DNA of 63,150 nt, the filler included, from a candidate division WOR-3 bacterium (GTDB lineage: Bacteria > SDB-A), in the NCBI GenBank assembly GCA_016934535.1. It is 3 parts of 3 records of this genome, joined end to end, with 100 filler letters (N's around TTAATTAATTAA, not from the genome) between each part and the next. Parts side by side here need not be neighbours in the genome. Positions count along the whole stretch, not along the records: positions 30,264 to 44,582 come from JAFGSQ010000030.1; positions 44,683 to 63,150 come from JAFGSQ010000031.1; 1 more part is not named here. The stretch is one strand, 5' to 3'. The notes beneath the pieces were generated by a model. The model made no database searches. It worked only from the letters and a program-made list of their open reading frames with translations, and had not been told where the DNA came from. Both the position numbers and the translations under genes were made by a program. Positions 35,262 through 45,691 of this stretch are shown piece by piece (within the stretch, counting starts at the first letter, position 1; every line of letters starts with the position of its first letter).

Positions 35262-36715
35262 AGATTACAAAGAGATTTAGGAAAAATTCAGGAACGAGTT
35301 TTATTCTGGCAAGTGGACTCAAAGATACACCCGAACACAGATCGTTGATAAAATGCGCTGAAAAGACCGGAGCCGCCGAAATACTTTTTTCAAAAGACTA
35401 TTCTCCCGAATCAGTGAATGAAAAGATTGAAAAAGCAAGTTGTGAATGGTTCGCGATAGTCGCGCCGGGAGTCTATATAAATGAAAATTTTACCAGAATA
35501 TTGGAATCAGCGGCAAAAAACAGACAAAACACAGGAATTTTTTACGGAGACTTCGAGAAAAACGGAAAACGAATAGGATTGTACGACTACAACGGCGATT
35601 GGACGGAGAGATGGAATTTCGGGAAATTGAGAATATACAGAACTGATTTCGTAAAAGATGAAGGTCTGTTCAGCGCTGAATTTCCCGAGGCCTACAATTA
35701 CGACATGCTTTTGAAATTCTGGAACAAGAGGGAAATACTGAGAATTCCCGAAATCATGTATTCGTTTGATTTGCCTGAAAAAACGAACGCATTGAAAGAA
35801 CGGCTTTTCTTTCCGTCAGAAGGTGAATACGGAGGTTTTTCTTATCTTTTTTATAATGAAGATTACAAGCTTCAGGTTGAAAAATGCTTCGAAAATTTTC
35901 AAAAAAGGCAGAAAATTTATTTTTTCTGCGATAACACAAACAAGGTTTCCGAAAGTATTTTACCTGACGACGGTGTGATTGCGAGTGTCGTAATACCCGT
36001 ACACAACAGAGCGGAATTACTGCTTCAGGCTGTCGAAAGCGTCCGAAGACAGGATTTTGAGAAATGGGAAATCCTGATAGTCGACAACTGTTCGAGCGAC
36101 GGCACGTACGATGAGGCATTGAAATTGTCCGAAACCGAACCGAGAATCAGGGTTTTCAGGAGAGAAGACAACAGGATCGCCAAAGCTCTCAATCTCGGAG
36201 TGAGGAACGCTGTGGGCAAATACATCGCCCAGCTCGATTCAGACGACTTGTATTCCGCTTCGACCCTGAGAAAAATGACCGACGCTCTCGAATCAGACCC
36301 CTCGGCGGGATTGGCAGTCAGCTATTATGATCTTATAGATCAGAACGGTTTGACTTTTGAAGATCTCGGAGTTGTCCGTCACGAGGAATATTCGGTAAAC
36401 AACATTCTCAGGGTTGACGGCGCGGGAGCGGCCAGAGTATGGAGAAAATCCGTCATCGAGGAAATGGGTTATTTTGACGAAAAAGATTTCTGCGATTACG
36501 GCGAAGATTACGACATGGTTCTGAAAGTGACTGAAAAATATTCGTTGAAAAGAGTCCACGAAGTGCTCTACCATTACAGGAGGCACCCCGGCAACAGCGA
36601 TGCCCTCAGAGACGAGTTGTTCAAACTGACGGCAAAGAATAAAGCGAGACTCAATGCATGGGCGAGAAGAAGGAAAATATCAGGAGGAACAAAAGATGAG
36701 ACTTTTTTTTACTGA
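35258..36715 (+). CDS. Two-domain glycosyltransferase family 2
   Basis: C-terminal SVVIPVHNR, VDNCSSDGT, QLDSDD, GEDYD; degenerate N-terminal GT-A domain. Confidence 0.85.
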   Translation: MKITKRFRKNSGTSFILASGLKDTPEHRSLIKCAEKTGAAEILFSKDYSPESVNEKIEKASCEWFAIVAPGVYINENFTRILESAAKNRQNTGIFYGDFEKNGKRIGLYDYNGDWTERWNFGKLRIYRTDFVKDEGLFSAEFPEAYNYDMLLKFWNKREILRIPEIMYSFDLPEKTNALKERLFFPSEGEYGGFSYLFYNEDYKLQVEKCFENFQKRQKIYFFCDNTNKVSESILPDDGVIASVVIPVHNRAELLLQAVESVRRQDFEKWEILIVDNCSSDGTYDEALKLSETEPRIRVFRREDNRIAKALNLGVRNAVGKYIAQLDSDDLYSASTLRKMTDALESDPSAGLAVSYYDLIDQNGLTFEDLGVVRHEEYSVNNILRVDGAGAARVWRKSVIEEMGYFDEKDFCDYGEDYDMVLKVTEKYSLKRVHEVLYHYRRHPGNSDALRDELFKLTAKNKARLNAWARRRKISGGTKDETFFY

Positions 36716-37691
36716 AGCAGTTATTCTTTCAACTATTACGGCAGTTTTCTCCTGCGCGCCAGCTGAAGTTGAATCAAGCGAAGTTATTGATCCACTGGAA
36801 TTTCATGTAATCGACAGCATTCTGGGAACATGTTCGTCGATTTCGGCTGGAGAAGGCGGTTTTTTAGCAGTTTTCGACGCCCTGTCAAAACAGTACCTCA
36901 ATGGATACGAATGGCGCGGCGGTGATTCTCTTGAATTAATTGACAGGGGCCACATAGTAAGGGATAGGTATAACGTCAGGGATATCAGGTACTTCGAAGG
37001 AAAGTTCTATGTCGTTGAGGGGACCGACGGTGTATTGATAGTTGAGAGAATCGGGGGGTTCGAAGCGGTGGGGAGAATAATTTCCCCGGACACGGGGACG
37101 ATGTTTTTCGACGTCGCCGTAAGGGGAGATGAAGCTTTTTGCGCCTGCGGCGAAAGCGGTGTCCTGGTATTCAGGACGAGACCCGGAATAGGACAAGCCG
37201 TCTCGTATTCTCTCGCGGACAGGATAAACCTAGACGGAAGCGCATCTCATGTATGCGCCTTTGGAGACATTATTGCGGCGGGACTCTGGGACATGAAGAA
37301 AGTGTGCGTGTTTGTCGGAGGGGAGCTCAAGGCGACTATTGGGGATTTACCAGGGATCGCCGGTTTGGCTACCGACGGAGAGAAACTCTATATCGCCGCT
37401 GAGCAGGGCGGACTTATGATTTACGATTTGACCGAAGGCAAGTGCGGCGAGTTCATTCGAGCCGTGTCGGATGTTCCCGCTTATGACGTTGAACTGTCGG
37501 GAAACCATGTTTTTGTCGCTTCTGATATTGACGGATTGAATATCTACGATAAAAAAGGGGACCTCGTGGCGTTCTGCCGGGAATCTTCTCCGGCAGAAAA
37601 AGTTTCCGTTGACGGCGACATTATTTTTGTAAGTCACGCGAAAAAAATCCCCACCGGGTACTTGTGGATAATTAAAGCGGAAGGTCTGTGA
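36696..37691 (+). CDS. LVIVD-repeat beta-propeller lipoprotein
   Basis: Lipobox VFSC; repeats such as DVAVRGDEAF...GVLVF and DVELSGNHVFVA...GLNIYD. Confidence 0.72.
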   Translation: MRLFFTEAVILSTITAVFSCAPAEVESSEVIDPLEFHVIDSILGTCSSISAGEGGFLAVFDALSKQYLNGYEWRGGDSLELIDRGHIVRDRYNVRDIRYFEGKFYVVEGTDGVLIVERIGGFEAVGRIISPDTGTMFFDVAVRGDEAFCACGESGVLVFRTRPGIGQAVSYSLADRINLDGSASHVCAFGDIIAAGLWDMKKVCVFVGGELKATIGDLPGIAGLATDGEKLYIAAEQGGLMIYDLTEGKCGEFIRAVSDVPAYDVELSGNHVFVASDIDGLNIYDKKGDLVAFCRESSPAEKVSVDGDIIFVSHAKKIPTGYLWIIKAEGL

Positions 37692-37692
37692 A

Positions 37693-38325
37693 GTGAAAAA
37701 TACATTTTATATTACAGCGCTTTTTTCGGCTGTTGTTTCGGTTATTATCGGGTGTGCTTCAAGAAGTGCAATTTCTGGGCAGGAAGAGCGGACGTTGCTC
37801 GTTCAGGATTTGGTTTATTTCCAAGAACCTCCCGATTCCGTATGGAGAGGAATAGTTGTTCTCAAAACCCCGTACGGAGATATGTCCGGAGATTTTGCGG
37901 TTTTGCACAACGATTCGCTTTGGACTATAAACGTCGCGGGTCCTTTCGGAGTTTCTCTATTTCAGGCGAGAAAATCCTATGATTCCCTCGAAGTCAAATG
38001 GAAGGACGAAAGCGGTGTTTGGAGGGAATACAGGAGCTGGACCGAAAATGACATTGCCCCGCTCGTTCCTTTCGGAGAACTTTTTTTCTCTCTTTGCGTG
38101 GGCCGGGCCGAGGGAGAAATCGTAGAAAGCAGGGAAAAAAGCGTTTTTTTGATCTTTGAAGAAATACTATATGCCGTACTGGTTGAAGAAGAAACGAGAG
38201 CGCTGGCGGTAATTGAAATTGAAGGCGAAGAATATTCGTTTCTTTGGAAGACCGACGGAAATGAGACGATAAAAGAAACCGCCGTCAGAAGCAGTTCTTT
38301 CGAGGCGGTTTTCTATTTCAGATAA
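37693..38325 (+). CDS. Hypothetical lipoprotein (possible LolB/DUF4292-like fold)
   Basis: Lipobox IIGC; I.V.GPFG motif; about 200 aa, beta-rich. Confidence 0.65.
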   Translation: MKNTFYITALFSAVVSVIIGCASRSAISGQEERTLLVQDLVYFQEPPDSVWRGIVVLKTPYGDMSGDFAVLHNDSLWTINVAGPFGVSLFQARKSYDSLEVKWKDESGVWREYRSWTENDIAPLVPFGELFFSLCVGRAEGEIVESREKSVFLIFEEILYAVLVEEETRALAVIEIEGEEYSFLWKTDGNETIKETAVRSSSFEAVFYFR

Positions 38326-38328
38326 ATG

Positions 38329-39306
38329 TTAAAATCTGTACAGGGATTTTACTTCTTCTTCACCGATGATTTTTTCGAGAGCCTTGAAAACCTCGGAATC
38401 CCAGAATCCTTTGTCGACTTCTTCTTTTATGGTTCCGAGGGTTTGTTCAAGCGTCATCGCTTTTCTGTAGGGTCTGTTTGTCGAAAGAGAGTCAAACACA
38501 TCGGAAACCGATATTATTCTCACAGGGAAAGGAATGTCGTCGCCTTTTAAAGCATCGGGATAACCTGTACCGTTGAGTTTTTCGTGATGTGATCTGATTA
38601 TTGAACGAAAATTGACGGTCGATTTCAAAGGCTTGAGTATCTCCTCTCCTATCACCGGATGAGTTTCAATAATTTTACGCTCATTCTGATTGAAAGTGCC
38701 TGGTTTCTGCAAAATACTCTCCGGAATGCCTATTTTTCCTATGTCGTGCAGAAGACCGGCCTCTTCCATTTCGCTTTTAGTCGCCGGTGTCAGGTTGAAA
38801 TGTCCGGCAATTATTTGCGCCAGGAAAGAGACTCTCTCGTTGTGACCCTGAGTGTAAGAGTCTCTGGCGTCGATTGCTTTGGCCAGAGAGGCGATAACCA
38901 TAGATACGTCTTCGAGTTTGTCGAGCAGATGCTTTAATTTCAGGAACGATTTTATCCGCACTTTGAGTTCGAGGGGGTTGAAAGGCTTGGATAAAAATTC
39001 GTCGGCGCCTGCTTTTATCGCTTTCAATCTGTCGACTAAAGCGTCGTAAGCGGTTATCACTATTACGGGAATTAATCTGGTTTCAAAAGTGGTTTTAATT
39101 TTCCGGCATAGTTCTATTCCGTCCATTTCAGGCATAGTGACGTCGGTGATTATGAGCGCGGGTTTTTCTTTCAAAGCTTTTTCGTAAGCTTCTTTTCCGT
39201 TAAAAGCTGTGAGAAAGATGTAATCTTCGCCCCCCAAAGACATTTTTATTGTATTTAAAATGAGTTCGTTGTCGTCGACAAGCAGGATAGAAGTGTTAAC
39301 AGGCAC
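38329..39306 (-). CDS. REC-HD-GYP response regulator (RpfG-like c-di-GMP phosphodiesterase)
   Basis: VDD, TDVTMP, SKPF; DARDSYTQGH, LLHDIGK, HHEKLNGTGYP, RPYR. Confidence 0.92.
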   Translation of the reverse strand: MPVNTSILLVDDNELILNTIKMSLGGEDYIFLTAFNGKEAYEKALKEKPALIITDVTMPEMDGIELCRKIKTTFETRLIPVIVITAYDALVDRLKAIKAGADEFLSKPFNPLELKVRIKSFLKLKHLLDKLEDVSMVIASLAKAIDARDSYTQGHNERVSFLAQIIAGHFNLTPATKSEMEEAGLLHDIGKIGIPESILQKPGTFNQNERKIIETHPVIGEEILKPLKSTVNFRSIIRSHHEKLNGTGYPDALKGDDIPFPVRIISVSDVFDSLSTNRPYRKAMTLEQTLGTIKEEVDKGFWDSEVFKALEKIIGEEEVKSLYRF

Positions 39307-39307
39307 T

Positions 39308-40549
39308 TTATTTTCTCATCTCGTCCCTGTTCTTAAAAACTTTCACCAGAGCATCGATTATAACACTGATCATTTTATTATCCGAAAGAAGCATGTTTTG
39401 TGTTATCCACAAAGCTTCGTTGAAACATGCTCTCTCTGTGTTGGGCAGGCGAAAAGAATTGAAATCTGGGAAAGGTGTTTTAAAGTATGAGACCGGACCG
39501 CCCCCCGGTCCAAAATTCTTCTCGGTGAAAACCGGCTGTTTGTAAACAGGCAAAGAATAACCGGCGCTTACAGGCACGCCTTCGGCTCTGATTGCGTTGA
39601 CTATGTCGGTTTTCGGTATGTCGTTCCAAAAATCTGTGTCGAGTCTGAACGGAAATATGTGCCAGGATGAAACAGATCCTTCTTCGATCGAGGAAAGGGT
39701 TTTGTATCCTTTTATCCCCGATATTTTATCTGCAAGTTCCCTGGCGTTGTCTTGTCTTATCTTGTGCAGTTCCGGATATCTATCAAGTTGAGCTAAAAGA
39801 ATTGCTGCCTGGAATTCTGTCATTCTGTAATTGCCCCCGTAGTTGTAATGCGCGTACCATAGCCCTGTCTCGCTTCTGCCGCAATTTCCAAGGCTTTTGG
39901 CCTTTTTGTAAATTTCACCGGATCCGGTGATTATTATGCCGCCTTCGCCCGAAGAGATGTTTTTGGAGGATTGAAAACTGAAGCAGGCGGCGTCGCCCAG
40001 AGTGCCGACGGGATTACCTGAAAATGAACTGCCCCAGGCCTGACATGCGTCTTCTATAATAACCAAGCCGTGTTTTTTAGCGATGTCTCTTATTTTTTTC
40101 ATGTCGGCTGATCTTCCGGCGAAATGAACCGGCATAACGGCTTTTGTGTCTGCGCATATTAATTTCTCGACAGATGAAGGGTCTATGTTGAAAGTTTCGG
40201 GGTCTATGTCGGCAAAAACCGGTTTGGCGAGAGCGTCAAGAACCGACATCGCCGAAGCGATAAATGTGTAGCCGGGTACTATAACTTCATCGCCTGGGCC
40301 AACTCCGCATGACTTAAGAGCGAGTGACAAAGCGACGGAACCGTTTGGAACGGCGACGCTGTGGGGAACTTTGCTGAATTCACTGAACTTGTTTTCAAAT
40401 TCCCTTACGAAAGTTCCGTTTATTGAACCCCATTTGCCGCTTTCGAAGGCTTTGAGAAGGTTGTTTCTCTCTGGTTCTCCAAAAACAGGCCAGACAGGAA
40501 AAGAGTCTCTTGTTACGGGTTCTCCGCCATTAATAGCTAGATACGGCAT
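39308..40549 (-). CDS. DegT/DnrJ/EryC1/StrS aminotransferase
   Basis: GPGDEVIVP.YTF, PVHFAG, IEDACQA, FSFQSSKN..SGEGG, NYRMTEFQAA. Confidence 0.9.
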   Translation of the reverse strand: MPYLAINGGEPVTRDSFPVWPVFGEPERNNLLKAFESGKWGSINGTFVREFENKFSEFSKVPHSVAVPNGSVALSLALKSCGVGPGDEVIVPGYTFIASAMSVLDALAKPVFADIDPETFNIDPSSVEKLICADTKAVMPVHFAGRSADMKKIRDIAKKHGLVIIEDACQAWGSSFSGNPVGTLGDAACFSFQSSKNISSGEGGIIITGSGEIYKKAKSLGNCGRSETGLWYAHYNYGGNYRMTEFQAAILLAQLDRYPELHKIRQDNARELADKISGIKGYKTLSSIEEGSVSSWHIFPFRLDTDFWNDIPKTDIVNAIRAEGVPVSAGYSLPVYKQPVFTEKNFGPGGGPVSYFKTPFPDFNSFRLPNTERACFNEALWITQNMLLSDNKMISVIIDALVKVFKNRDEMRK

Positions 40550-40558
40550 TGTTGTCTC

Positions 40559-41917
40559 CTATGAAATGTAAAAAGATCTGAAAGCTTTGATTGTCTGAAA
40601 TATGTCAGCTTTGTGGGATACTTCGAACGGGGAGTGCATCGAAAGGACAGGGGTTCCGCAGTCTATTGTCGGTATTCCCCAGTACGATATGAATTTTGCC
40701 ACGGTTCCTCCTCCGCCCTCATCGACCTTACCCAGTTCGCCCACCTGCCAAACGACTCTGTTAGAGTTGAACAAGTTTCTGATCTTTGAAAAAATTTCAG
40801 CGTGGGCGTCGTTTGTTCCGGATTTTCCCCTTGACCCTGCGTATTTTACGACACAGACGCCGTAACCGAGTTTGGCTGTGTTGTTTTTTTCGAAAACGTC
40901 CGGATAATCGGGGTCGAGAGCGCATGCAACGTCTGCTGAAATGCAGAGGCTTTTTCGCATGGTTTCTCTGATGAGCGAATAAGGGACGTCTTTTCTTGTT
41001 TTTTTGAGCAGATTGTGCACCGCGTCTTCAATAATTACGGAATCAGCTCCCGTGTCTCCGTTTGACCCCGTTTCCTCTTTGTCGAACCATAGAGTCATAC
41101 AGGCTTTTTTTGGTTTAACTGCAGTTTCGAGAGCTTTGAACGCGCAGTATGCCGATATCCTGTCATCCTGGCCGTATCCGCCGATCATAGATCTGTCAAA
41201 ACCGACGTCTTGAGCTTCTCCGGCCGGGACGGCTTCACATTCCGCGCAAAGCAGATCCTGAGGGGAAATACCGTAATTTTCGTTCAAAAAATAGACGACG
41301 GCTTTTTTTACCGCTTCCTTTGTGTCATCTTTGCTTTCGTGGGGAAGGGAAGAAACGAGAAGGTTCAGTTTTTCCCCTGCAATAGCTTCAGCGATTTTTT
41401 TGTCGTCCTGGATTTTGTGAGAAAGATGCGGCAAAAGATCGTTGATAGTAAACACGGGGTCGCCTTTTTTCTCTCCTATCACGATGCTTCTTTTTGTGCC
41501 TTTTTCATCTATGACAAAACAGTGAAGGGCGAGAGGTCTGCAGACCCATTGGTATTTTTTTATTCCTCCGTAGTAATGAGTTTTAAAGTAGGCAAGGCCG
41601 CATTCTTCGTAAAGCGGGTTGGGTTTGAGATCCAGCCTGGGTGAATCTATGTGGGCGGCAATAATGTTTATGCCGTTTTCCGGCGGTTCCTCACCGCGCC
41701 GTGAGACGGCTATCGATTTGTTCATGAATTCGTCAAGCACGTAAATATCGCTGTTTGTTCTCTCTTTTATCCAGTTCACCGCCTCCCTTTCGGTTTTCGA
41801 TGAACTCAGAAATTGTCTGTAATCTTCAGCCTTATCGAAAGATTCTTTTTTTTCGTTATCATCCATTTTGTTCCATGCAGGATAGAACTCCAGGTTTTCA
41901 TATTTGTGATCGGGCAT
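40559..41917 (-). CDS. M18 family aminopeptidase (ApeA-like)
   Basis: AHIDSPRLDLKP, HYYGGIKKYQW, GQDD, DKEE, SADV, SMHSP. Confidence 0.9.
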   Translation of the reverse strand: MPDHKYENLEFYPAWNKMDDNEKKESFDKAEDYRQFLSSSKTEREAVNWIKERTNSDIYVLDEFMNKSIAVSRRGEEPPENGINIIAAHIDSPRLDLKPNPLYEECGLAYFKTHYYGGIKKYQWVCRPLALHCFVIDEKGTKRSIVIGEKKGDPVFTINDLLPHLSHKIQDDKKIAEAIAGEKLNLLVSSLPHESKDDTKEAVKKAVVYFLNENYGISPQDLLCAECEAVPAGEAQDVGFDRSMIGGYGQDDRISAYCAFKALETAVKPKKACMTLWFDKEETGSNGDTGADSVIIEDAVHNLLKKTRKDVPYSLIRETMRKSLCISADVACALDPDYPDVFEKNNTAKLGYGVCVVKYAGSRGKSGTNDAHAEIFSKIRNLFNSNRVVWQVGELGKVDEGGGGTVAKFISYWGIPTIDCGTPVLSMHSPFEVSHKADIFQTIKAFRSFYIS

Positions 41918-41926
41918 GCACACTCC

Positions 41927-42739
41927 TTAAAACTTTATGATTTCTTCTAATGTTTCGTTTTCACGAATAGTTAAAACATGTACGGCATCTTTCGTCACGG
42001 CAATCGTATGTTCAAAATGAGCGGACAGAGCGCCGTCCAGAGTCCGGACAGTCCAGTTGTCTTCATCGATTTTTACATCAGGCGATCTCTCATTGACCAT
42101 AGGTTCCAGCGCCAGGGTCATTCCCGGAAGGATTTTTACGTTTCTGAATCCGGATTTTTTGTCGGGAATGAAGTTGGGAATGCTCGGTTCTTCGTGAAGG
42201 TGTCTGCCTACGCCGTGGCCGACGAATTCCCGGACTGCTGAAAATCCGTTTTGTTCGACCAGATTCTGAACGGCAGCGCTTATGCTGAAAAGTTTTCCGC
42301 CGGATTTTGCTGCTCTGATACCCGCGTAAAGCGAATCCAGCGTCACACGCGTTAACTTTTCTGAAATAGCTGAAACAGGAGGTATAGCGACGGTGATTGC
42401 TGAATCTACCGTCCATCCGTCTTTTGTAACTCCCATGTCAATCCCGACAATGTCTCCCTGTTCGAGTATCCTCTTTCCGGGAAGACCGTGTATTACCTCG
42501 TCATTTACAGAGATGCACACGGCGCTCGGGTAGTTTCTGTAACCGTAAAAAGTCGGTTTTGATCCGTGTTTTTCGCAAAGAGAAAAGGCGAGTTTGTCAA
42601 TATTTCCGGTGGTAGTTCCGGCTTCGCAGTTTTTACCAAGTTCCGTGAGTATGCCGGCTAAAATCCTTCCGGCGGATCTCATTTTTTCTATTTCATGTTT
42701 TGTTTTTAATTCCATGGTTTTCCAATCGGTTTTGTACAT
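41927..42739 (-). CDS. map: Methionine aminopeptidase type I
   Basis: CISVNDEVIHG, GDIVGID, GHGVG..LHEEP, EPM, SAHFEHT. Confidence 0.95.
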   Translation of the reverse strand: MYKTDWKTMELKTKHEIEKMRSAGRILAGILTELGKNCEAGTTTGNIDKLAFSLCEKHGSKPTFYGYRNYPSAVCISVNDEVIHGLPGKRILEQGDIVGIDMGVTKDGWTVDSAITVAIPPVSAISEKLTRVTLDSLYAGIRAAKSGGKLFSISAAVQNLVEQNGFSAVREFVGHGVGRHLHEEPSIPNFIPDKKSGFRNVKILPGMTLALEPMVNERSPDVKIDEDNWTVRTLDGALSAHFEHTIAVTKDAVHVLTIRENETLEEIIKF

Positions 42740-42750
42740 CGGGTGATGTT

Positions 42751-43074
42751 TCAGTTTTCGCTTTGGCCGTCTTCGAAGCTTATTTCTCTTATGCCGGCGC
42801 CGAAAGAACTGAAAATGTCCGAGCCTTGAGAAGTCTCCTGCTGAGTCTCCTGCTGTTCCTGCTGAATTTTTTTTGCGATTTCATCCAATGGAACTGTCAA
42901 AAATTCCGAGTCCTTTGATTCGTGATGAATTTCCGGCATGATTCCTTCGGCTTCGGATTCAACTTTGTACAAAAAAGCCTTTTCGGTGTCTTCCTGAAAA
43001 TATTTGTAAAAAAAAGTTTTCTTTTGCTTGTCTTTCAGCAGAATCGAAAGTCTCTGAAAAATGTTACTCGGCAA
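42751..43074 (-). CDS. Small hypothetical protein with Gln/Glu-rich acidic tail
   Basis: Fits operon spacing and overlaps the upstream stop. Confidence 0.55.
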   Translation of the reverse strand: MPSNIFQRLSILLKDKQKKTFFYKYFQEDTEKAFLYKVESEAEGIMPEIHHESKDSEFLTVPLDEIAKKIQQEQQETQQETSQGSDIFSSFGAGIREISFEDGQSEN

Positions 43075-44582
43075 GGTCGTCTCCTCTCAATTGTTTCAGT
43101 CCGCTGGAGGCTTCTTCGTCCATGGGATTCAGTTCTACGGCCTTTTTCCAGGCTTCCTCGGCTAATTTGTAATTTTTAGTTCTGAAATAAACTTCTCCCA
43201 GGGCGGAATAAGATCTTGAATAAGTCGGGGAGAATTTCAGGGATTCTTTTATCAAATTTTCGGCTTGTTCGAACTTACTGTCGAATACGTAAAGCATACC
43301 GAGGTTTATGTAGGCTTCGACTGCGTCGGGATTCATTTCCATCACTTTCGTGAAGCAGTTTTTGGCTTTGTCATTTTCACCCATTTCCGAAAAAACTACC
43401 CCTAGGTTCAAATACGGTTCGTGAAGTTCGGGGGAAAGGTCGACTGCAGTTTTGAATTCTTTTACGGCGGCCTGGAGCTGTTTTGTGTGATAAAAACCTA
43501 CTCCGCGGTCGTTATGAATCATTGCTTTCGATCTTTTGTTTTCATTTTCCAAAAGTTTAAAGTTCTTCTCTTCATTTTCAAACACGACTATCTGTTTTGA
43601 AAGAATAGAATCAAGTTTATCTGAAAGAGAGTTCAATTTTTCAACGCTTTTATTTTGAGAAGCGACGATTTTTTCTATGGCCGCGAAAGCTCTTTTAATG
43701 CTGTTGGAGGCTTCGCCGATCAGCGCGGTCATGTCCTGATTGGATTTGGCCACCATTTCGTTTTGCTGAGTGACGGCGGAGGTTAATTGTATTGAAGTCT
43801 CCGTGCTTTGTTTCTGGAGTTCCGCGATAGTGGATATATTGTGAAGATGAGGAAGCACTTTTGATGAGATTATTTCTCTGAAGTCGATGAGCATCTGTAT
43901 TTTTTTACTCTCTGCCGCGGTAAAATTCTTGACAAAGCTGTCTAAAAATTCTACGAGCCTGGTTTGTGTCCTGCCTTCTGATATGTCCGCGAGGGATCTG
44001 GCAATGCTCTCCATGCGTTCATCCATGCCGCCGACAAGATTGAAAAGGGATTTTTGCTCGTTTCCGTAAGCTTCTACCCATCTCGAAATAGCTTCTTTCA
44101 TAAAAAGCCTGTCGTTCTTATCCTTTTCGGTGAGCATTGCGAGAAGGTTATCTTTAATTTCATCCCTGATCTCGATTATTCCCTGAGCGGACATTTTCGA
44201 AACAGGGATAAGGTTCTGCATCAGTTTATCGAAACTTTCGGAGATTTCTTTGGAGTATCTTTCTGAAAGAACGGCAGTGTTTTCAGAGAGAACTTCCCCC
44301 AAAGAGGTCTCGCTTCTGTTTATCTGTGTCAGCAGATCTTTGATTTCGTCGTTTTTACCGGATTCTTTAATAGTTTCTATCATGTCGGACAATTTTCCGT
44401 TGAGCGAGGATATCTGTTCTGTTGAAGATTTTGAAATTTCCTGATACCCGTTTTCTATTGTCCGGATAAGGGCTTCGTTGGTTTTTTCCAGATGGTCTTT
44501 GTCCCTGATTTCCTTTTCCTTTAGATAATCCGAAATGTTTCCCGCCTTCACGGCGTTTTCAATTCCGGACATCGATTCCGGC
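43064..44582 (-). CDS. Coiled-coil protein with C-terminal TPR repeats (probably 5'-truncated)
   Basis: Heptad-rich region, then TPRs (YLNLGVV, AYINLGML, YSALGEVY); frame open to the gap. Confidence 0.8.
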
Positions 44583-44682
44583 NNNNNNNNNNNNNNNNNN
44601 NNNNNNNNNNNNNNNNNNNNNNNNNNTTAATTAATTAANNNNNNNNNNNNNNNNNNNNNNNNNNNNNNNNNNNNNNNNNNNN
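44583..44682. other. Artificial contig linker
   Basis: N44-TTAATTAATTAA-N44. Confidence 0.97.
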
Positions 44683-44684
44683 AA

Positions 44685-45677
44685 CTAAAAGATAAATTGA
44701 GAATTGCAAAAATCAACGAGATGATAGGCACTCTTCATACAGATTTAGGTAAAATTAAATTTGCCGACAATTATTTTAAAAAATCAATAACTATATATCA
44801 AGAAACAGGGCACAGAACGGGCATTAGATCCATACTTATAGCTCAATCACTAAATGCAATGAAAAGACATGATAACCAAACAGCGATAAAAATATTAAAT
44901 CACGTATTATCATCGTTTGAATCCATTAACGACAATTATGTAAAATGCACAATACACTCAAATCTTGGTATTGCCAATTACCGCTTGGGAAATTATATGA
45001 TAGCTCTTGGAAATTTCAAACTGCAGAAAAAATACGCTGTACTGTCAAAAAACAATCGAGAAATTATGATATCAAAGGGTTACATTTCTCTGGTTTACGA
45101 AAAGAAGGGCAATTATACAAAAGCTCTTCGGGGGTACATGGAATGCCTGGAGGAGGCTATGAAATCGGTTGATGCAGTTCAGACATCATTGTATTACAAC
45201 AACATCGGAGAGATATATCTATTAAAAAGGCAATACAAAAAGTCTCTTGAATTTTTTTCAAATGCCGAAAAAATATCTAGGAAGATTTCATATAAATATC
45301 GACTTTGCTATGTTTTAATGGACAAAGCAAAAGCCTTGTATTCTCTGAAAAAATTCGCTGAATCAACCTTATGCACCCGGGAAGTGAAAGAAATAGCAAA
45401 AAAAATCAAAAGGCTAGACGTTATTTTCGAAACAGGTCTTCTAGAAATGAAACTTTCAGCAATAAACGACAGGCATCAAACAAAAAAAATTATGTCCAGT
45501 TTGCTGAAGAAAAGTACGAATGAAGAACAGGAAGCCAACATTAAATATGCTTATTACACTATTTCGAAAGAGTATTCATTCAGAGAAGATGCCTTGGTAC
45601 TGTATAAAAAGATATATTTAAGGAAACCGGACCGGATATTTAAAGACAGAATTGAAGAGCTCGAAAAGGGAAGTTGA
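44685..45677 (+). CDS. TPR-repeat protein, C-terminal part (5'-truncated)
   Basis: SNLGIANYRLGNY, YNNIGEIY..K..Y.KSL repeats; frame open from the gap. Confidence 0.75.
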   Translation, partial: LKDKLRIAKINEMIGTLHTDLGKIKFADNYFKKSITIYQETGHRTGIRSILIAQSLNAMKRHDNQTAIKILNHVLSSFESINDNYVKCTIHSNLGIANYRLGNYMIALGNFKLQKKYAVLSKNNREIMISKGYISLVYEKKGNYTKALRGYMECLEEAMKSVDAVQTSLYYNNIGEIYLLKRQYKKSLEFFSNAEKISRKISYKYRLCYVLMDKAKALYSLKKFAESTLCTREVKEIAKKIKRLDVIFETGLLEMKLSAINDRHQTKKIMSSLLKKSTNEEQEANIKYAYYTISKEYSFREDALVLYKKIYLRKPDRIFKDRIEELEKGS

Positions 45678-45691
45678 AAGCTTCCCTTTTT
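45664..45691. terminator. Bidirectional terminator between convergent genes
   Basis: AAAAGGGAAG-TTGAAAG-CTTCCCTTTTT. Confidence 0.7.
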
